A stretch of DNA of 64,000 nt from Centroscyllium fabricii (lineage: Eukaryota): the NCBI GenBank assembly GCA_051313645.2, contig JBNRSN020000001.1, positions 347,448,001 to 347,512,000 of the forward strand, written 5' to 3'. A program made the position numbers and the translations under genes. The notes below the pieces were generated by a model that saw only the letters and a program-made list of their open reading frames with translations, had not been told where the DNA came from and searched no databases. Positions 34,743-49,785 of the stretch are shown piece by piece (within the stretch, counting starts at the first letter, position 1; every line of letters begins with the position of its first letter).

Positions 34743-35614
34743 GTGAGCAACAGGACGCACGTTGGCAGACTAATATAGTCTTAGTAAGTAAGTGAAGTCA
34801 ATGCTAATCCTTGAAATCTCATTTTAATGCAAAAAAAAAGTAATACAAATACAATTGTTGCTAAGTTGGAGGCCTCTACAAAGATAGTCATACCTGCAAA
34901 CAACAACAGTGCAAGACATCTTTATTTGTGCATTAACATTTCGTTCAGTCGGTTATGTAATTAAGTTGCAATTCTAATTGGAATGAAGTCATCAACTACC
35001 TGATTCGGTTTAGTCATCTAGGCACAGTCAAGCTTTCGTTTTTTTTCTTTCTGCTGCCTGTTCTTCTTGTAAATTCCTGTTCCTTTCTGTCTTCCTCCAG
35101 ACACTTGCCACTGGCGGGTATGAAAACTGAAGCACTTTGGAAATTGCATCTGCAATAAGGAAGGGCAACTTTGAGGACTGAGACTGGCTGGATTATGGCT
35201 CCTTCGCTGCGAAAGCAGTCCCCCTCCAGGTATAAACACCCAGCAGAGAGAGAGCCCTTGGCACGGTGCACCACCGGCACAGTAATGACCAGCCGGCTGC
35301 AAGAGTTCTGATCTGCGTTGGATTGCTTTCAAAATCTCCCACTTCATACATATAAAACACACTGACTGCACCACGGCTTTCACTCGCCACTGATTTTAAT
35401 ACAGGGCTGGGATGCTCTTGAATTTATCGACGTTTACGCTTTAGTAGTGCCATATTTAGTTTGATTGAAAAGGAGGGGGGGAGTTATTCCACAACCCCCC
35501 CTCCCTCCCCCCCCCAAAAAACAATTTCGACATATATGCTGGTTTCACACGTGGTGTTAAAACCACAACCGTTTCTTTTTGTGGGGGAATGAACCTATGG
35601 CGGCCGCGCTGTAA

Positions 35615-35956
<342 letters not shown>

Positions 35957-38900
35957 TGAGGACATTCGTTAACACTCACACTGGGCGCAGTGTGCACAAT
36001 GTGCAAGTGTCCTTGGATTATGGTGTGCTTTCAAAGTCCTGAAATTGGTCACCCACCAAAATTGTGACTGTTAGATGATTATTTTATATAATCAAATACA
36101 AATAGGGATGAAAATAATATAGAAAAGTAAAGTAATATCACCATAAATGTGCAGTCATTGCAACATTAATGAAAACTTATGTATAAGTTTTGTCTGGTAA
36201 ATATATCATTTCCTTTGAGGCCATATTTAATTATATTTGCAATCAGGTCTTTATATTTGAGATGTTGTATGCATTAGACCAAAGTTCGGGTTATGCAGAC
36301 GCACAGACTTGTAACAATTCTGTAAATATAACAATCAATAGATTTCGATGGGAATGACTAATTTCTATTTAGTGCTGCACTGACCCTAGTTATTCCTATG
36401 ACGATTTGAATGTATTTTTTGAATTTTAAGAGCATATAATCGAGCAGGGAACTCTTGACAGCAATGTGTAGGTGGCTGTTGAAAATGACTCATTTGTTTC
36501 ATGAAAGTTCTAGTGACAGACAGTAATTGAATCTGAGCAGGAACAATCATTATTATGCAATGAAAACCAACAGGTTGTTATTAAAGACAAACCAGTAGCC
36601 TTATATATGCTGCATTTTACAAAGTAATTTCATTCGATCGCTGGCAAAAGATACGAACTATGGACTGGATAGTTTGAGCTCATCCACAAGACCTGAACTG
36701 GTTGATTCAGAACACTTGTAAGAAAAATGTAAGCGTGATATGTAACAACACAATTAATATGACAAAGCGGTGCTTCTGGACGTGTTGCAAAACAACAAGA
36801 CTAATGTACTTTCTGTTGCAAAGCCCTATTATATAAGATATGCATTTTATTCCACATACCTCGCAGAAATGTGAGGCCAACGCCGCACAAGTATAGAATG
36901 GTAAAGTTTCCACCGCAGGATGACTTACTGATTGAAGCCCGCTGTTGTAGTTCAGCCGTGGGCCGGCGATTGTGTCTCCACCCCGTTGTTATTTACTTTG
37001 TTTTGTGAGTGTGTTCACTGCAGTTCACAATTGGGATAATCCGCAAATCGTGAGCTTTTAAAGTGTTGGTCAATGAAAGATTGAGGACGCCGCTTTGTGT
37101 GGGTCTGTCCGAAATGTACTGACCGGCCGTGCAGCGGTAACTGCAATAGAAAGCTTTGATTATAGTTTAGCTTATGTGTTTACACCTTGCTCGATTGGTT
37201 GTTAGCACCGTGCGCGGTCTAATCATTCGTCTTATTTACATCCTCAATATCCCACGTTTCAAAAACCAAAAATGTCCACGATTCCCCCCTCCTTCCCGTT
37301 CTCCGCGGTGATTTATCAGCCCCACTGGGCTACTTTTCCGCGTGCTTTCAGGAGAGACTTGTCAATTATGGTTTTGCATATCTGACGAGATGTTTGATCC
37401 AACGAAGCATATGGCGCTGCTTGTAAGGTGGTGAGTAATCTATAGGGTTTCAGAGAGAGAGAGAGCGGTCCTACTCGTCAACAACACCCTCTGAAAAAAC
37501 AAAGTGTTTTAAAACCCCGGAGAACCCAGGAACAAAGTGCACTCCAGCAACAACCGCTAACCAAGGAGTATGTTAACCGTTAGGAAATCGCGTGAATGTA
37601 GGTCCAATTGTATATGTGTGTATAATTCTCGCTCTGTACTGTACACACACACACATGTGCCATCTAGCCCCTTTCGGTGCATGCCGCGCATATTCTCGTG
37701 TCAAATGACAATCGCAATTGTCAGTCGACACCTCAAATTCTAATCGGCTCAAGCTGTGAGAAAAGGGGGCTGATCATGACTTCTCACGTTTTCAAATGTC
37801 TCTTTCAAATTAAATCACGTTCCCCCGTTTTAATTATGCCCTTGCGAGACTGCCAACCCAGATTTAAGAAACGTATCACTAACCGCCAAGTCATTTCGCG
37901 TCAACAAGAGGTGCTCGGAACCAAATTGTGCCCAGGTGAGGAATATCGCGGCGTGTTTTCCCACCAACATAACTATTAAAAAAAATACACCGATAGGCGC
38001 TACAGACCAACTCCCTAAGCTGATAGTTGAAAGCACAAGGATAGTGCCATTATTACCATATGTTTGGATGGAATGAGAGAGAAAGTCGATTTGAGGTTAG
38101 GATCAGATCAGCCAAGATCTTATTGAACGGAGCAGGCTCGAGGGGCCGATTGGCCGACTCCTGCTCCTATTTCTTATGTTCTTATATTGTTGACAACAAC
38201 AATAATTCATAATATCATTGTGTGTACACATTGCCCCATTAATAATTATGCACGAGGCTATTTTCTTGTTTAACTTAAATATAATTCATTGCACGTTCCA
38301 TAGTTGTGTGTGCAATAATTCATATTTAAACACAGTTGAATAGCTCTCGATATGGTTAAAAGTGCCACGGGTTTTGCAACTGAAACGCTTAAAGCGAAAC
38401 ACCATGACTACGAGATTGAAATGCTCACACCAATTTTGAAAAGCGGTGGCATGGCTGTCACGGTTCTATAGCATGTTTAGACCACTTTTGCATGGTTTTT
38501 AATCGAACGTATAAGGTATTAGAGAAAAAAATGACAGGCAATTTAATTTCCTTATGACTCATTGAAGAGCAGGAGCAGACAGCGACCAAGCAATTAAAGA
38601 ACCTCTGAGGGTTGGAAGGCAGTTGCCTGAAGTGCTACATTAGGTGGGTGTGATTGGTTTGATATCCAGACACTCTCAGCCTCTCGGTTCCTCTGTAAAC
38701 AGTTCCTTTCTGGAGGCTGCTGTTGTGCTTGGAGAGACCGAGCGGAGCATCGCTTTAACAGATGAGAGAGAGAGAAGGAATATATGTATTTAAACTTTGA
38801 CTTCAAATTCACTGTTTTGAAATCTTTGTAACTATTTTCTGCACATAAACCCAATTCTAAAATGTAATCAGTAAAAGTGCAGGATTGTGAAAGCGAAGGC

Positions 38901-40289
38901 ATGCGTTGTTAGGAACTCAAACTTAATAAACCAAGATGAACATTTGGTGTGCAATAAATGCAGCATTTAAAACATAAGGCGTTGTAAGTTCGCTTAAGCT
39001 CAGAGTACAGACTCTGGAAAGGTGAATTGAAATGACAAGAGCGATCTTTTTGCTCTCCGTTTAGCATCACCAGGCGGGTTGAGTTAAAAAATGCGTTATT
39101 GAGCCCGGACAGCACCGCGCGGGACAGTTCGGGTTAACGCAAGGCACCCAGGGGAGCAGGAGATTATGTTTAGGAATAACTTTCGATTTACATCAAGTTC
39201 ACTCAGCATAAAAACAGGGCTTCGGGAAATACTGCTCCAGAAGACTTGACAATCCATATCAAAATCACTGTTGCTTGAAAATGTCAACTTGATCCCAACA
39301 GCCCAGCATAGAATTCCCCTACATACAAAGCAATCCGACAATAGCTGCTAGCAGTCCCGCCTAATACAATGGTGTGAGGCGTTAGGGTTTTTGGAAATGA
39401 CTATGTCCAATCGAGAATGGAGTGCTGCCATTCTCTATTCGCATCGCCGTGGCCTGGAGATTGCTGCCGTGTTGTGTGTGGACATCCCTGGATGTTTCAG
39501 ACCAACACTTGTCGCTCCACTTACAAGTCACACGATTATAGTCTGATAAAGCAGCCTTTGATTATATTGCTCCCTCGTTTGCAGCTATTAAGGATCGAGA
39601 AATGCGCTATTTGCTCATCGTAGAGCTACTCGGTGCAAATTTTCTAAACCTTCAAACCAGCAACAAACCAAAAACGAAGCAAACATTAGATTTACAGGGC
39701 GGGGGGCGGGGAGATCCCAAACTCCCCCGCGAACTCAAATGTTGCCGTTTTCATTTGTCACTAATGAGAAATGAGTTTTACCAGCGTTTTCTGTTGTTAT
39801 TTCAGAAACCCTTCCCCGGTCAGGTTGCGTGTTTTCTTTGATTTAACACTTGGTACTGTTGAGACCTAACGGGGTCACCGGCCGCTTTAAGACTTCAGAG
39901 AGCTTTCTGTTTATCAATCCACATTTTAATTGAGGTTTACTACTGATTGTGGGGCCCACAGATGCCATCCTGATTTATAAAGCGTATGGCTCTACAAGGC
40001 GGAGGCTCCCCGCGCCGCAGCATCGTTCCTTAGAACTTTATTACAGTCAGTTCAGAGTGAAACACAATCCAAGGCTCGGGGGGGGGTTAGAATCCTTCTG
40101 GAAAGGGACGGACTGCCAGTACCTGCTTTACAGACCTCCATCTGGCAACATTTTACACGTGCAATTCGGAGAAACACGCCGTTCAAATTCTTAGTGGCTT
40201 TTGTTTAATAGGCTAACGCTCCTGGTGTTGGGCAGTGCCCCCAGTGAGATAGTCAGGTGGAAAAAACAGCACCTTGTTGGCTGGAAATT

Positions 40290-40450
40290 GTTGTAAGAAG
40301 TCACACAAACACCAGGTTGTAGTCCTAATGTGGAGGTGCCGGTGTTGGACTGGGGTGGACAAATGCAAGAAGTCACACAACACCAGGTTATAGTCCAACA
40401 GTTTTATTTGAAATCACAAGCTTTCGGAGCGTCTGCCCCTTGCTCAGGTG
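40290..40450. mobile_element. Penelope-like family A insertion in SIM1 intron
   Basis: Two tandem family A arms. Confidence 0.7.
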
Positions 40451-41425
40451 GCCGGGGACACCGGCTCCGTTATCTGGAGAAGCCATAGAGAATGGTTCTT
40501 TAGCAGGCTAGATCTTTCTGTTGCTTAGCCCGAATGAGAGCTAAACAAACCGAGAGAGAGAAACAAAAAAACAACAGGTCCTTTCACCAGATTGCATTGT
40601 AAGGCTAAAAAACCTCCAGCCGCCCCCAGCATCTGGGCCGACCGGCTGGAATCCCATACATGCACAGGAGGGCTCAGACAGACAGACAGACAGTCAAATC
40701 CCGCACACACAGGCTCAGACACCGACTCAGATCCCATCCACACACACACACACACATACAGATCCCATAAATACACACAGACTTAGTCAGGATCCATACA
40801 GACAGACTCAGAGCAAGATCCTATACATAAACAAACCCAAGAGAGAGTCAGATCCGACCCCACGCCCAGAATAACATGCACGCATACACAGCCAGACAAA
40901 GTGAGACTGAGATCCTCCCCACTCATCCACACACACAGACACAAATATATCATGAAAAGGTGACCTCGTCGAGATATTCAACACTAGAGTCGATAAAATG
41001 TTGTTTCCAATCCAGTGCGCAAAAAATAAATTTCAAACACAGTTTTTCGTTTTTAAAATTCTAATGGCCAGTTGGTAGTTATTATTTTATTAATGTTAGG
41101 CATTTGATCTGATCGATGTGTGTGCATGTGAAGGGAGGAGCGGGTTGCTAGAATCTCACTGGCCACGGTTTTACCCTGCCGGGTTGTAAAGGAAAGCGGG
41201 ATGCTGAATATGAGGGCATTTTTGCGATTTAAAAGGCAGAAATGATTGCCATGCCTGTGATATATGTCCCGTTCTTGGTGGTGGTGGTGGTACAGAGGGT
41301 TGGCTGTAGGCTGAAGCCGGATTTACCTCCGCGAAGGGCTGATGAGTGCAGCAAAGATCCAAAGGGTGGGTGGGGGGGACTGAGAAAAAGAATTCACCTG
41401 CGCCAGGCTGCTGTCAGTGGGAAAC

Positions 41426-41730
41426 TGCAAGAAGTCACACACCAGATTATAGTCCAACAGTTTTATTTTAAATCATAAGCTTTCGGAGCTTCTGCCCCTT
41501 CACAGATGAAAGAGAGACTGACTTAAAGAACGCACATGTGTGATGAAGAGAGAAATCTGATATTTCCCACATCTCAACAGCTGGAAGACCACATTGTTCT
41601 CTCTCTCTATATAAATGCTGTGTTTAAATGAATCTCGTCACTTCACCTGAGAAAGGAGCAGCGCTCCGAAAGCTTGTGATTTAAAATAAAACTGTTGGAC
41701 TATAACCTGGTGTTGTCTGACTTCTTACAA
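41426..41730. mobile_element. Penelope-like family A palindromic insertion in SIM1 intron
   Basis: Inverted arms around a unique spacer that joins the sub-variants seen at 26880-26950 and 46520-46560. Confidence 0.7.
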
Positions 41731-44700
41731 GTGGGATAGATTGTGAGAGATACCTTTACTGGCTGTGTTCACCCCCACCGCCCCCCCCCCCCCCCCCCCT
41801 CCCCGACCATCTCATAACAACCAGGTGCTAACTGCTCGCTTTTAGCTCGCTAAAGAAGGCACAAGAACAACCCGGGGCCAGATTTCCTCTGTGTACTGAA
41901 GTGCAGCAAAGTCTCAAACACACATCTCCATCAACAGATTTAGAATTATTTTGCACGCTGACAAAATCATTGGCATTTAAGCGTGTGCGAGTTATTTTTA
42001 AATACAGTTCACAGGAACCATGCGGATGGGAATTGTTCCAATCATTTGATCTGTCCCCAGGTACAGGCCAGGTAGCGATCGAGTATCTTTGCAGCCGATC
42101 TCGGTCGCGCTATTCCTGGTTTTAAACTGGGCTGGGTGCATCGTTCGTCCTTGTCTGCTCCCTTTAATAAAAGTGGACAGGGAGAAACTTCCATCCAAAA
42201 ACACTCGATGGATCAGCTTCATATAAAAAAAAAACGACAAGAGCATTGCAGCCCAAGGATGTGTACAAGTGTATCCGTCTCAGAATAAGATATAATGAGA
42301 ACTCCCCAGAAACATAATGGGCTTGAATAAATGGCGTGGCCAAGATCCCGTAAATCAGGTTATATTTTTTGACGGCAGTGTCTCAAATGTTCAGTTTACA
42401 TCAAGTGGCAAACAAAGTAACAATTGAATTTTCTTTTAAATTATATCCCCAACAGCTCAGAGACGGGGACTTTATAAAAAGCGACGAGAAAAATAAATTA
42501 CTTTAGGAAATGTGATCTTAACAGGCCTCTTACGTCCAATATTAATTATTGCCAGGCTAAACTGAAACAATGGATGCAGACTTTTAAAATCAATTACCAC
42601 ACATATACTTTTAAAACTAGTTGCACGCACTATATATTAATAGTCCCATCAAAATTCTGAAAATCAACTACTAAATTGTAATTGAAAGGATTCTCCTCAC
42701 CATCACAGGCAATGGGCCTGTTCTGTACACATTATTTAGGGTTGTGGGTGGTGTTTGCTGGATTCTTCCTGTTCCTGCTTTAAATTATAGATTAATATAT
42801 AGATATATAATAATAATAATAATGTGGAGTATGAGATTCACTCTGGGAAACTTGGATCGATTGCTTTTTTTGGATAACAGAAAGCCCAGCTGGAGACCGA
42901 GTCGAGCTGAGGACTGATTAGAAACCATCGCTTTACTCGCCAAGAACAGCCTTAAATGGCACCTCAGGGATTTGGTCAATTTTACTGGATCTACTTCGCC
43001 TCATTTGGTTACTAATTGGTTTCTTGTTTTATAAATCGAAATCTCATTTTCAGGAAATTACAAAACACAAGCGTCCAGTCCATTGAGGTAATCCGGGTCA
43101 GGGGGTATTTAAATGGAAATGGGCCCTTCAGTGCATCAATCCCGCCGTCGAACTGCTTCTCGGAAACTTTTCGCTTCTCCCCCCCCCCACCGTGTGCGAG
43201 CCGAGGCTTCACTTGGAATCGAAGCCATTTTAGCCACCAGCTCCCTATAGCATAATGTCACTCTCACCTATACAATAACTTCAAAATATTATTAAATCAA
43301 GTCTTTTAGCATTGAAAGGCTAATGTGAAGGAGGTGGCGGATTCCTTCCACAGTAGATTATACATCTCTGCATGGCTGATAACCTCTTCTCGCTGGGAAA
43401 ATCTTTCGCCTCCCGAAACCTTCAGCTATACATTTCAACGCACAAAAGCTGCTTGTTTCATCTTAGTCCTCTTCACCTCACAAGAGTATCTTCACCCCCC
43501 CCCCCACCCCGCCCAACCCCCTTCGCCTCTTGTTTCCATTCAAAAAAGCTCCCCCTCTCTCTCTCTCTCTCTCTGTTCTGATGGTGGTGCCGCTTGTCGG
43601 CGGTAGGTCAAGTGCAAAAATCACAACTTCAGTCTCCAGTCTCAAGGCTAATTCCTCCAGTGATCTTCAATGGCTTTCGTTCTGTTTAGGACATGCTTTA
43701 CATTGGATTACTTGCTCAGATCAACTCCTCAGAGCCGACTCTCAGTGTTCTTGGACACGGGAACTTACTGCAATGGGCCTTTGCTTTTGTGTGGTGGTTG
43801 TCAAAAGAGAAAACAATGCGAGTTTATGAACGGCTTTTCATCCACGGCCAACCATCATTATAATCGAAAACGTGAGGGACACTATTTCAAGTTGACCTGG
43901 ACAAGAGCAGGAGTTTGACTCGCCCTCTTTCCAATAGCCGCGGACCCAGATGTTATTCACGGTGGCTCATGCCAACTCTATTTAAGGGCTGAATAAATAA
44001 ACGGGATTCACATTAATGATTGTATTTAAACACGATCAGTTTTTGCAAACTACCTTGTGTGCTCACGGATTATATTATGGGCCGCCTCAAGTATTAGCAA
44101 CATGCGAAAACGCACCCGCAGTTTGATTGCAGGCTTTACCCTGGAAAACCTGCTGCACTTTCTCAGGCATTTCGCGGGGGTGTGGGGGGGGGGGGGGGGG
44201 GGCGACTTTCTAAATACAAAGGACATTTCTTTGAAAAGCTCAGAGCTTCTTGGGGCGCACGTATCTTTAAATGCAGCTGTTTTGGGGGAAATGCCCTCTT
44301 CCCCCCTCCCCTCCTCCGGAACACTCGACATAACATGCCAAGTAAGGCGAGCGGAACGACCATTTCACGGCTTTCTCACACTTAAGTGAAAGTTATTTAC
44401 GGACCCGCGTCTGTAAACTCTCCCACTCATCTCGTTACGGTCCCAAACAACAGACAACAGGAGTCGGAATAGACTTGGTTTAAACCCTCTGAGCAGAATA
44501 ATGCCCTGGGAACAGGCACAATGACAATAATGATCGCATTGTGGCTGGAGTTAGCCCTTCACAAATGGGTGTGTCGGTGCTCTTTTGTAGGCACGGGTCT
44601 ATAATTCGCTCTCCGTGTGGGGTTGACAGCACAAGTGCTTGCTGGAATCTCTTTTTTTGTTGTCCAATTTGCATCACATCAGTCAGGCAGTCTCGGTTGG

Positions 44701-45277
44701 AAATGCTGAATCCTGCCCTCCGTCCGCCGACTGTTACCTTTATCCTCAAAACAAAACAAAACAAAAAAAAACCCTCGGGAGCTGCAATTTGTTTGCCCAC
44801 GGTCTAATCTTCAAACTGTCAACTAACAGTCAGCTGACGGACACGAAGCTCGTTCGTGGCCGAGATGTTCTCGCTCTCTATGTTATAATATATAGTAGAG
44901 CCCAGAAGATCTGAAAGAATAAACGGGTAGCAGGGCAGGAAGTCACCGACACAAAAGAGATTTCGATGCATCGCCTCTCATGAGGTAGCGAATTGGGGAA
45001 CTGGGCCATTTGCAGTGTTTTCTCTCGCGCTAGTGTAATAGCTTGGGCTGATAGGAAGGGGGAATGAATTTTTGACAGGAAGAAAGCACACACATCAGTT
45101 TCTCCACAGGCGATGAGCAGCATCGGTCAGATTTAAGATTTCAGTGGTGAGGGGCAGTCAGGAACGCTGCTCATGGCGGGGTTGTGGAATAAGATCGGTG
45201 ACAGGCTGGTCAAATGCCGAAAAGGTGACTTCGAAACTGAGAGCTTTGCATCCGCAACCATTCAAACGGATTTGGTC

Positions 45278-45372
45278 TTGACAAAGGGTCCTAACCCGAA
45301 ACGTCGACTCGATTTCTCTCCACGGATGTTGCCTGGCATGCTGAGTTTTTCCAGCATTTTCTGTTGTTATTT
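45278..45372 (+). mobile_element. Penelope family B fragment
   Basis: TTGACAAAGGGTCCTAACCCGAAACGTCGACTC...CTGAGTTTTTCCAGCATTTTCTG. Confidence 0.6.
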
Positions 45373-45779
45373 CGATGAAAGAGCTGTTTGGTTCTTACTT
45401 TCTCTCCCTGTCATTCAATAATCCCAGGCGAATGTTCTATTAACAAGTGTATGTCTAACCGGAGCGCCACTATGACATGCTGCAGTTAATGCCTGAAAAC
45501 GAGATTTCAATTGACAAAAATGAAAACTATTTAGAATAAACTACGGCATTGCTCACAGGCTGAGAAAAATAAATGGTTGGCTGTTTAATTCCAATGATAT
45601 TTGGTTTTACAAATCAGCCCGCCCGCAAGTTTTTGTCACGTCTTTCGATTCTGCCCGCTTTCTGTCCAATAGTTTTGGATTTTCTTGACCGTTCTAAAGC
45701 AATGGACCGACAGTACAGGCCGATAAAGAAATGTCTCCGTTTTGTTCAAATACTTGCAGCTTCGCCTGATAAAGTAACC

Positions 45780-45857
45780 ATGATGTGGAGGTGCCGGTGT
45801 TGGACTGGGGTGGACAATTGCAAGAAGTCACACAAACACCAGCTTATGGTCCAACAG
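45780..45857. mobile_element. Penelope-like family A, single short arm
   Basis: ATGTGGAGGTGCCGGTGTTGGACTGGGGTGGAC...; flanked by AAAGTAAC. Confidence 0.65.
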
Positions 45858-46399
45858 AGAAAGTAACGCTTGAGGTTAATAAACGGGACTTTTAATATAA
45901 CGCACATCAGTTCATTCACAGTGCTTCTGTTTGTCATAGTGGCACAGGAGTAAACTCGATTTCCAAGGCGCCCTGGCGACGTCCTTGGACTCGTTCCTAT
46001 TTTTTTGGGGGTTTGGGGGGGGGGGGGATCACGGATTCGAAATGAAATCCCCTCTTTGCTGGCTCTCGATGCGCCCCAGTCACAGCCGGATCTATTCTAA
46101 CAGCAGCCAGAAACCCCGAACCCCAATGCAAGTGCGGAGAAGCAGCAACCTGTTCACACACGGACACTTTCTGTGCCCACCATTCCTGCGTGTAACTAAC
46201 TAACTCTCCACCCGTGACTCATATGGTCGCCTGGGTGTCTGTTTAAGATGACAGGGTCTGTAAATGTACCCCCCCCCCCCACCCCCACTCCCCGCCTCCC
46301 TGCTCCCCAGTGGTTAGTTACACCATCAGTGTGTGAAAGACAGTTTATCACATTGAAATAACGGGTGCAGAAAGCAACGTGAAAGTGTGCACTCATAAG

Positions 46400-46651
46400 A
46401 TGTGGAGGAGCCGGTGTTGGACTGGGGTGGACAATTGCAAGAAATCACACAACACCAGATTATAGTCCAACAGTTTTATTTTAAATCACAAGCTTTCGGA
46501 GCAACTGCCCCTTCCTCAGGTGAAAGAGAATATGTGCGTTCTTTAAGTCAGCTTCTCTTTCACCTGACGAAGGGGCAGATGCTCCGAAAGCTTGTGATTT
46601 AAAATAAAACTGTTGGACTATAACCTGGTGTTGTGTGACTTCTTACATTTG
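46400..46651. mobile_element. Penelope-like family A palindromic insertion in SIM1 intron
   Basis: TSD CTCATAAGAT; core CTGACGA-A-GGGGCA(GA)TGCTCC-GAAA-GCTT-GTGA at 46564-46597. Confidence 0.8.
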
Positions 46652-47346
46652 CTCATAAGATACGCCGAGCTTTGTTACTAGTCAGCCGAGTATTTGTCTG
46701 TTTGACTATTTCTTGATAAATGACCGTGGTTATGTCTTTGTGAGGCCAGATCTTTGTGAAAGGGGGAAGATCTGTACATTGCATTCCGGCGGTTCTCGTT
46801 GATCAGACGCCTTCACATTCGACCTAGATAACCCACATCAAACACAAATAAAATGTAATAAAAGCAATCGCTATCAATACAAATAAACCAAATATGTATT
46901 CAAATATCACTCTGAGTTGTAGACCTGCATTTAAGCCGCCCCCCTAATCCCTATTTTATATGGTTATGTTCAATATCAGAAACAATTATGGTTTGATTGT
47001 CGTTTATACATACAACTCAACTATTGAACACAAATAATTGCTTTGGCCTAGTTCTGCTTTGTTTAAACATTTTATCGTTTGAACACATTCATTCAGCGTG
47101 TTAAACGACCTAATTATTGCCCAATCTGCAAGAAAACATTCCGGCTCGGAGGTGTATTCCCGGCAATAATACTGCCTAAAATAAAATTATATAAAAAAAT
47201 AAATCCAGCTCCTGGACTGTCCACAGGTTAACTCCAAAACATGTTAGTTAGCGGTTGTGTAACGCCTGATCCTCGCCGCTTCCCGGCCCGCATGTCCACT
47301 TCGCCTCAGTCCCTCGACCGTTTCTTACTGTTTTCATACGTTTCAG

Positions 47347-47429
47347 GACTGGGAGAAGCTTGGGGCCAGACCAGTCGCACCGGTCACTTGGACAACGTCG
47401 GCCGGGAATTGGGATCCCACCTTTTACAG
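47347..47429 (+). CDS. SIM1: SIM1 coding exon 2, 83 nt
   Basis: TTTCAG| (G)[27 protein letters not shown] |GTACAG. Confidence 0.95.
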
Positions 47430-47750
47430 GTACAGTAAATCGCCAGGAGCGCTCAGTGTTCATTGCGCTTGATCGAAATGCACGGCCCGATTCGAGCGTT
47501 CAGGTCTGCAGCCAGCAGCGTTGCATTTACAACAACAACAAAAAATATCTACGCTTCGCATCAGAAGCAAACGGCGTCGGAACAACGTGGGGCGCGGTAA
47601 TCCAATTCCTGATACTTGTGGTGAACAGGAGCACAGCGACACCTCGGCGTGGGCAAAAGTCGCATGTCAGCATGTTCGTGAAATGCCCCCAATGTCCCGG
47701 GCCCTCTGCTCCCCGATTGTCAATGACACTTCCTGTGTCAGTTTCATGAT

Positions 47751-47915
47751 GTGATGTGGAGGTGCCGGTGTTGGACTGGGGTGGGCAAATGCAAGAAGTC
47801 ACACAACACCAGGTTATAGTCCAACAGTTTGATTTGAAATCACAAGCTTTCGGAGAAAGCTTGTGATTTCAAATCAAACTGTTGGACTATAACCTGGTGT
47901 GTGACTTCTTGCAAT
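47751..47915. mobile_element. Penelope-like family A palindromic insertion
   Basis: TSD AGTTTCATGAT; the arms meet at AAGCTTTCGGAGAAAGCTT. Confidence 0.8.
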
Positions 47916-49025
47916 AGTTTCATGATAGTAAACGGGTTCCACCGGACTGCGAGCTACAACCCCGAGAGGCCGCTTGATGCGGTCTTCATGACAAGCTGGC
48001 TTGTTGTTACTCATTGAGATTGAAACATAAGAATTATCTCAAGGCAAAAGAAACGACTGAGATCATTATTTAGTGTTGTTTTATGTAAATTTGATTTTAA
48101 GACTAGATTGTCGGTCGGTCGTGTTCCTTTGCGGCCCACTGCTGAGAATTATACCACATATTGCACTGGAAGACTGCTTTCAAATATACACCATTGCTCT
48201 TTCAGTCGCCGTTACCTCAAGCCCTGAAAGGGTCCCTCAAGCCCTGAAAGGGTCCCCCCCGCCCCTCCCCACACTATGAAACCAATCAGCTGCGTGTCCA
48301 TGTATTGTCTGATCGGATTCCCACCTGCAACACCGGGACGGGCAATACATGCTGGCCTTGCCAGCGACGCCCACATCCCATAAAAACCGAATAAAAATAA
48401 CACAATCGCTGCCAGGCACGCAGGTGTTGGAAGGGCGGGTGTGGGGCCGTCTGATGGTGAACCGGACGAGCACATCAGCTGCAGAATAAAATAAGAGTTG
48501 TCGACACTGCTTGCAACCCGAAAGCGCGGGGGAATGATGCCAGGTGAGCAGTGCCACACTGTGATACAACAACACGTTCAAAAGATAATTATTATCGCTC
48601 CCCAATTACATATCATTCTGTAAAACATATAACATTACAGATTTAACCATCTGACAAGGTGGTCCATCAGAAAACGAAGGATGCATATTTCAAGACAGGC
48701 CGTGTTCCTTTTTTTTTTGAGGTTACAAAATCTGGCCAAGAGTTCAAGCAATCTTCCTAAACAATTCCCCAGCAAGTCAGACAGAGCTCAGCGTTACCGG
48801 TTTGGTGAACGCGGGAACGCGGCGCGTTTCTCCGGAGAAGCTTCTGCCGCTGCCGAGGCAGACAGCAGGCAGACAACAGGCAGAGAGATGCACACATCTT
48901 TCTGTGCTGCATAGTTCTATGATTCATAATCTGTGATTCTATTCTATACATTCCTTGTACAACACAAACCAGAGACAGTATTGTCAGGATATTCGATGGA
49001 GCCGCCTCGTTTAGCCAACAAGTGA

Positions 49026-49211
<186 letters not shown>

Positions 49212-49785
49212 TAATATGTACGTATGCATTCACAAATATGCATTTCGCCATTTATTATTCGCATTTGATTATTTATGATGTATAAACTCGCGCGCATTAA
49301 GTAGGCTTTAAAAAAATATTATTTGCCTGGCGGTATTTAATATGTTCGAACATAATGAAGGTCTGAATTGACTGACACATTCGCCCACTGCCTCCTATTG
49401 TGGAGTCATGTATTGTGTGCTCACATCTTTCAAAATCATTCCCACAGATTGTGTGCTGTTGGAATTTGACCGTTGTTGGGAGCTGCGGGCTCCAATATAT
49501 CCAATGTTGATACTTTTTTTGTTTTTATTCACGATCAGAACCAAAGGTTCATAAAAAATAAAATGACAGGCAAGACTGGCAAAAAAAACCTCATAAAAAT
49601 ATACCCAGGACTAAAGCATCGGCATGAAGTAAATAGAGTCCATTGGTGACTAAATAACATTTTGTTTGCCTTTATCCTTATTTTTTGGGTTAACTCTAAG
49701 CAAGTTAGGTTTTATTGTGTGAATATGAGAAGTACCATGGGATAAGGTGGTCCATCAGAAAACGAATGATGCATATTTCAAGACA

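Noticed and set aside
48215-48254. 20-bp tandem duplication CCTCAAGCCCTGAAAGGGTC; also poly-C/G tracts at about 34313, 41781 and 44183
   Set aside because: Ordinary slippage products with no evidence of function.
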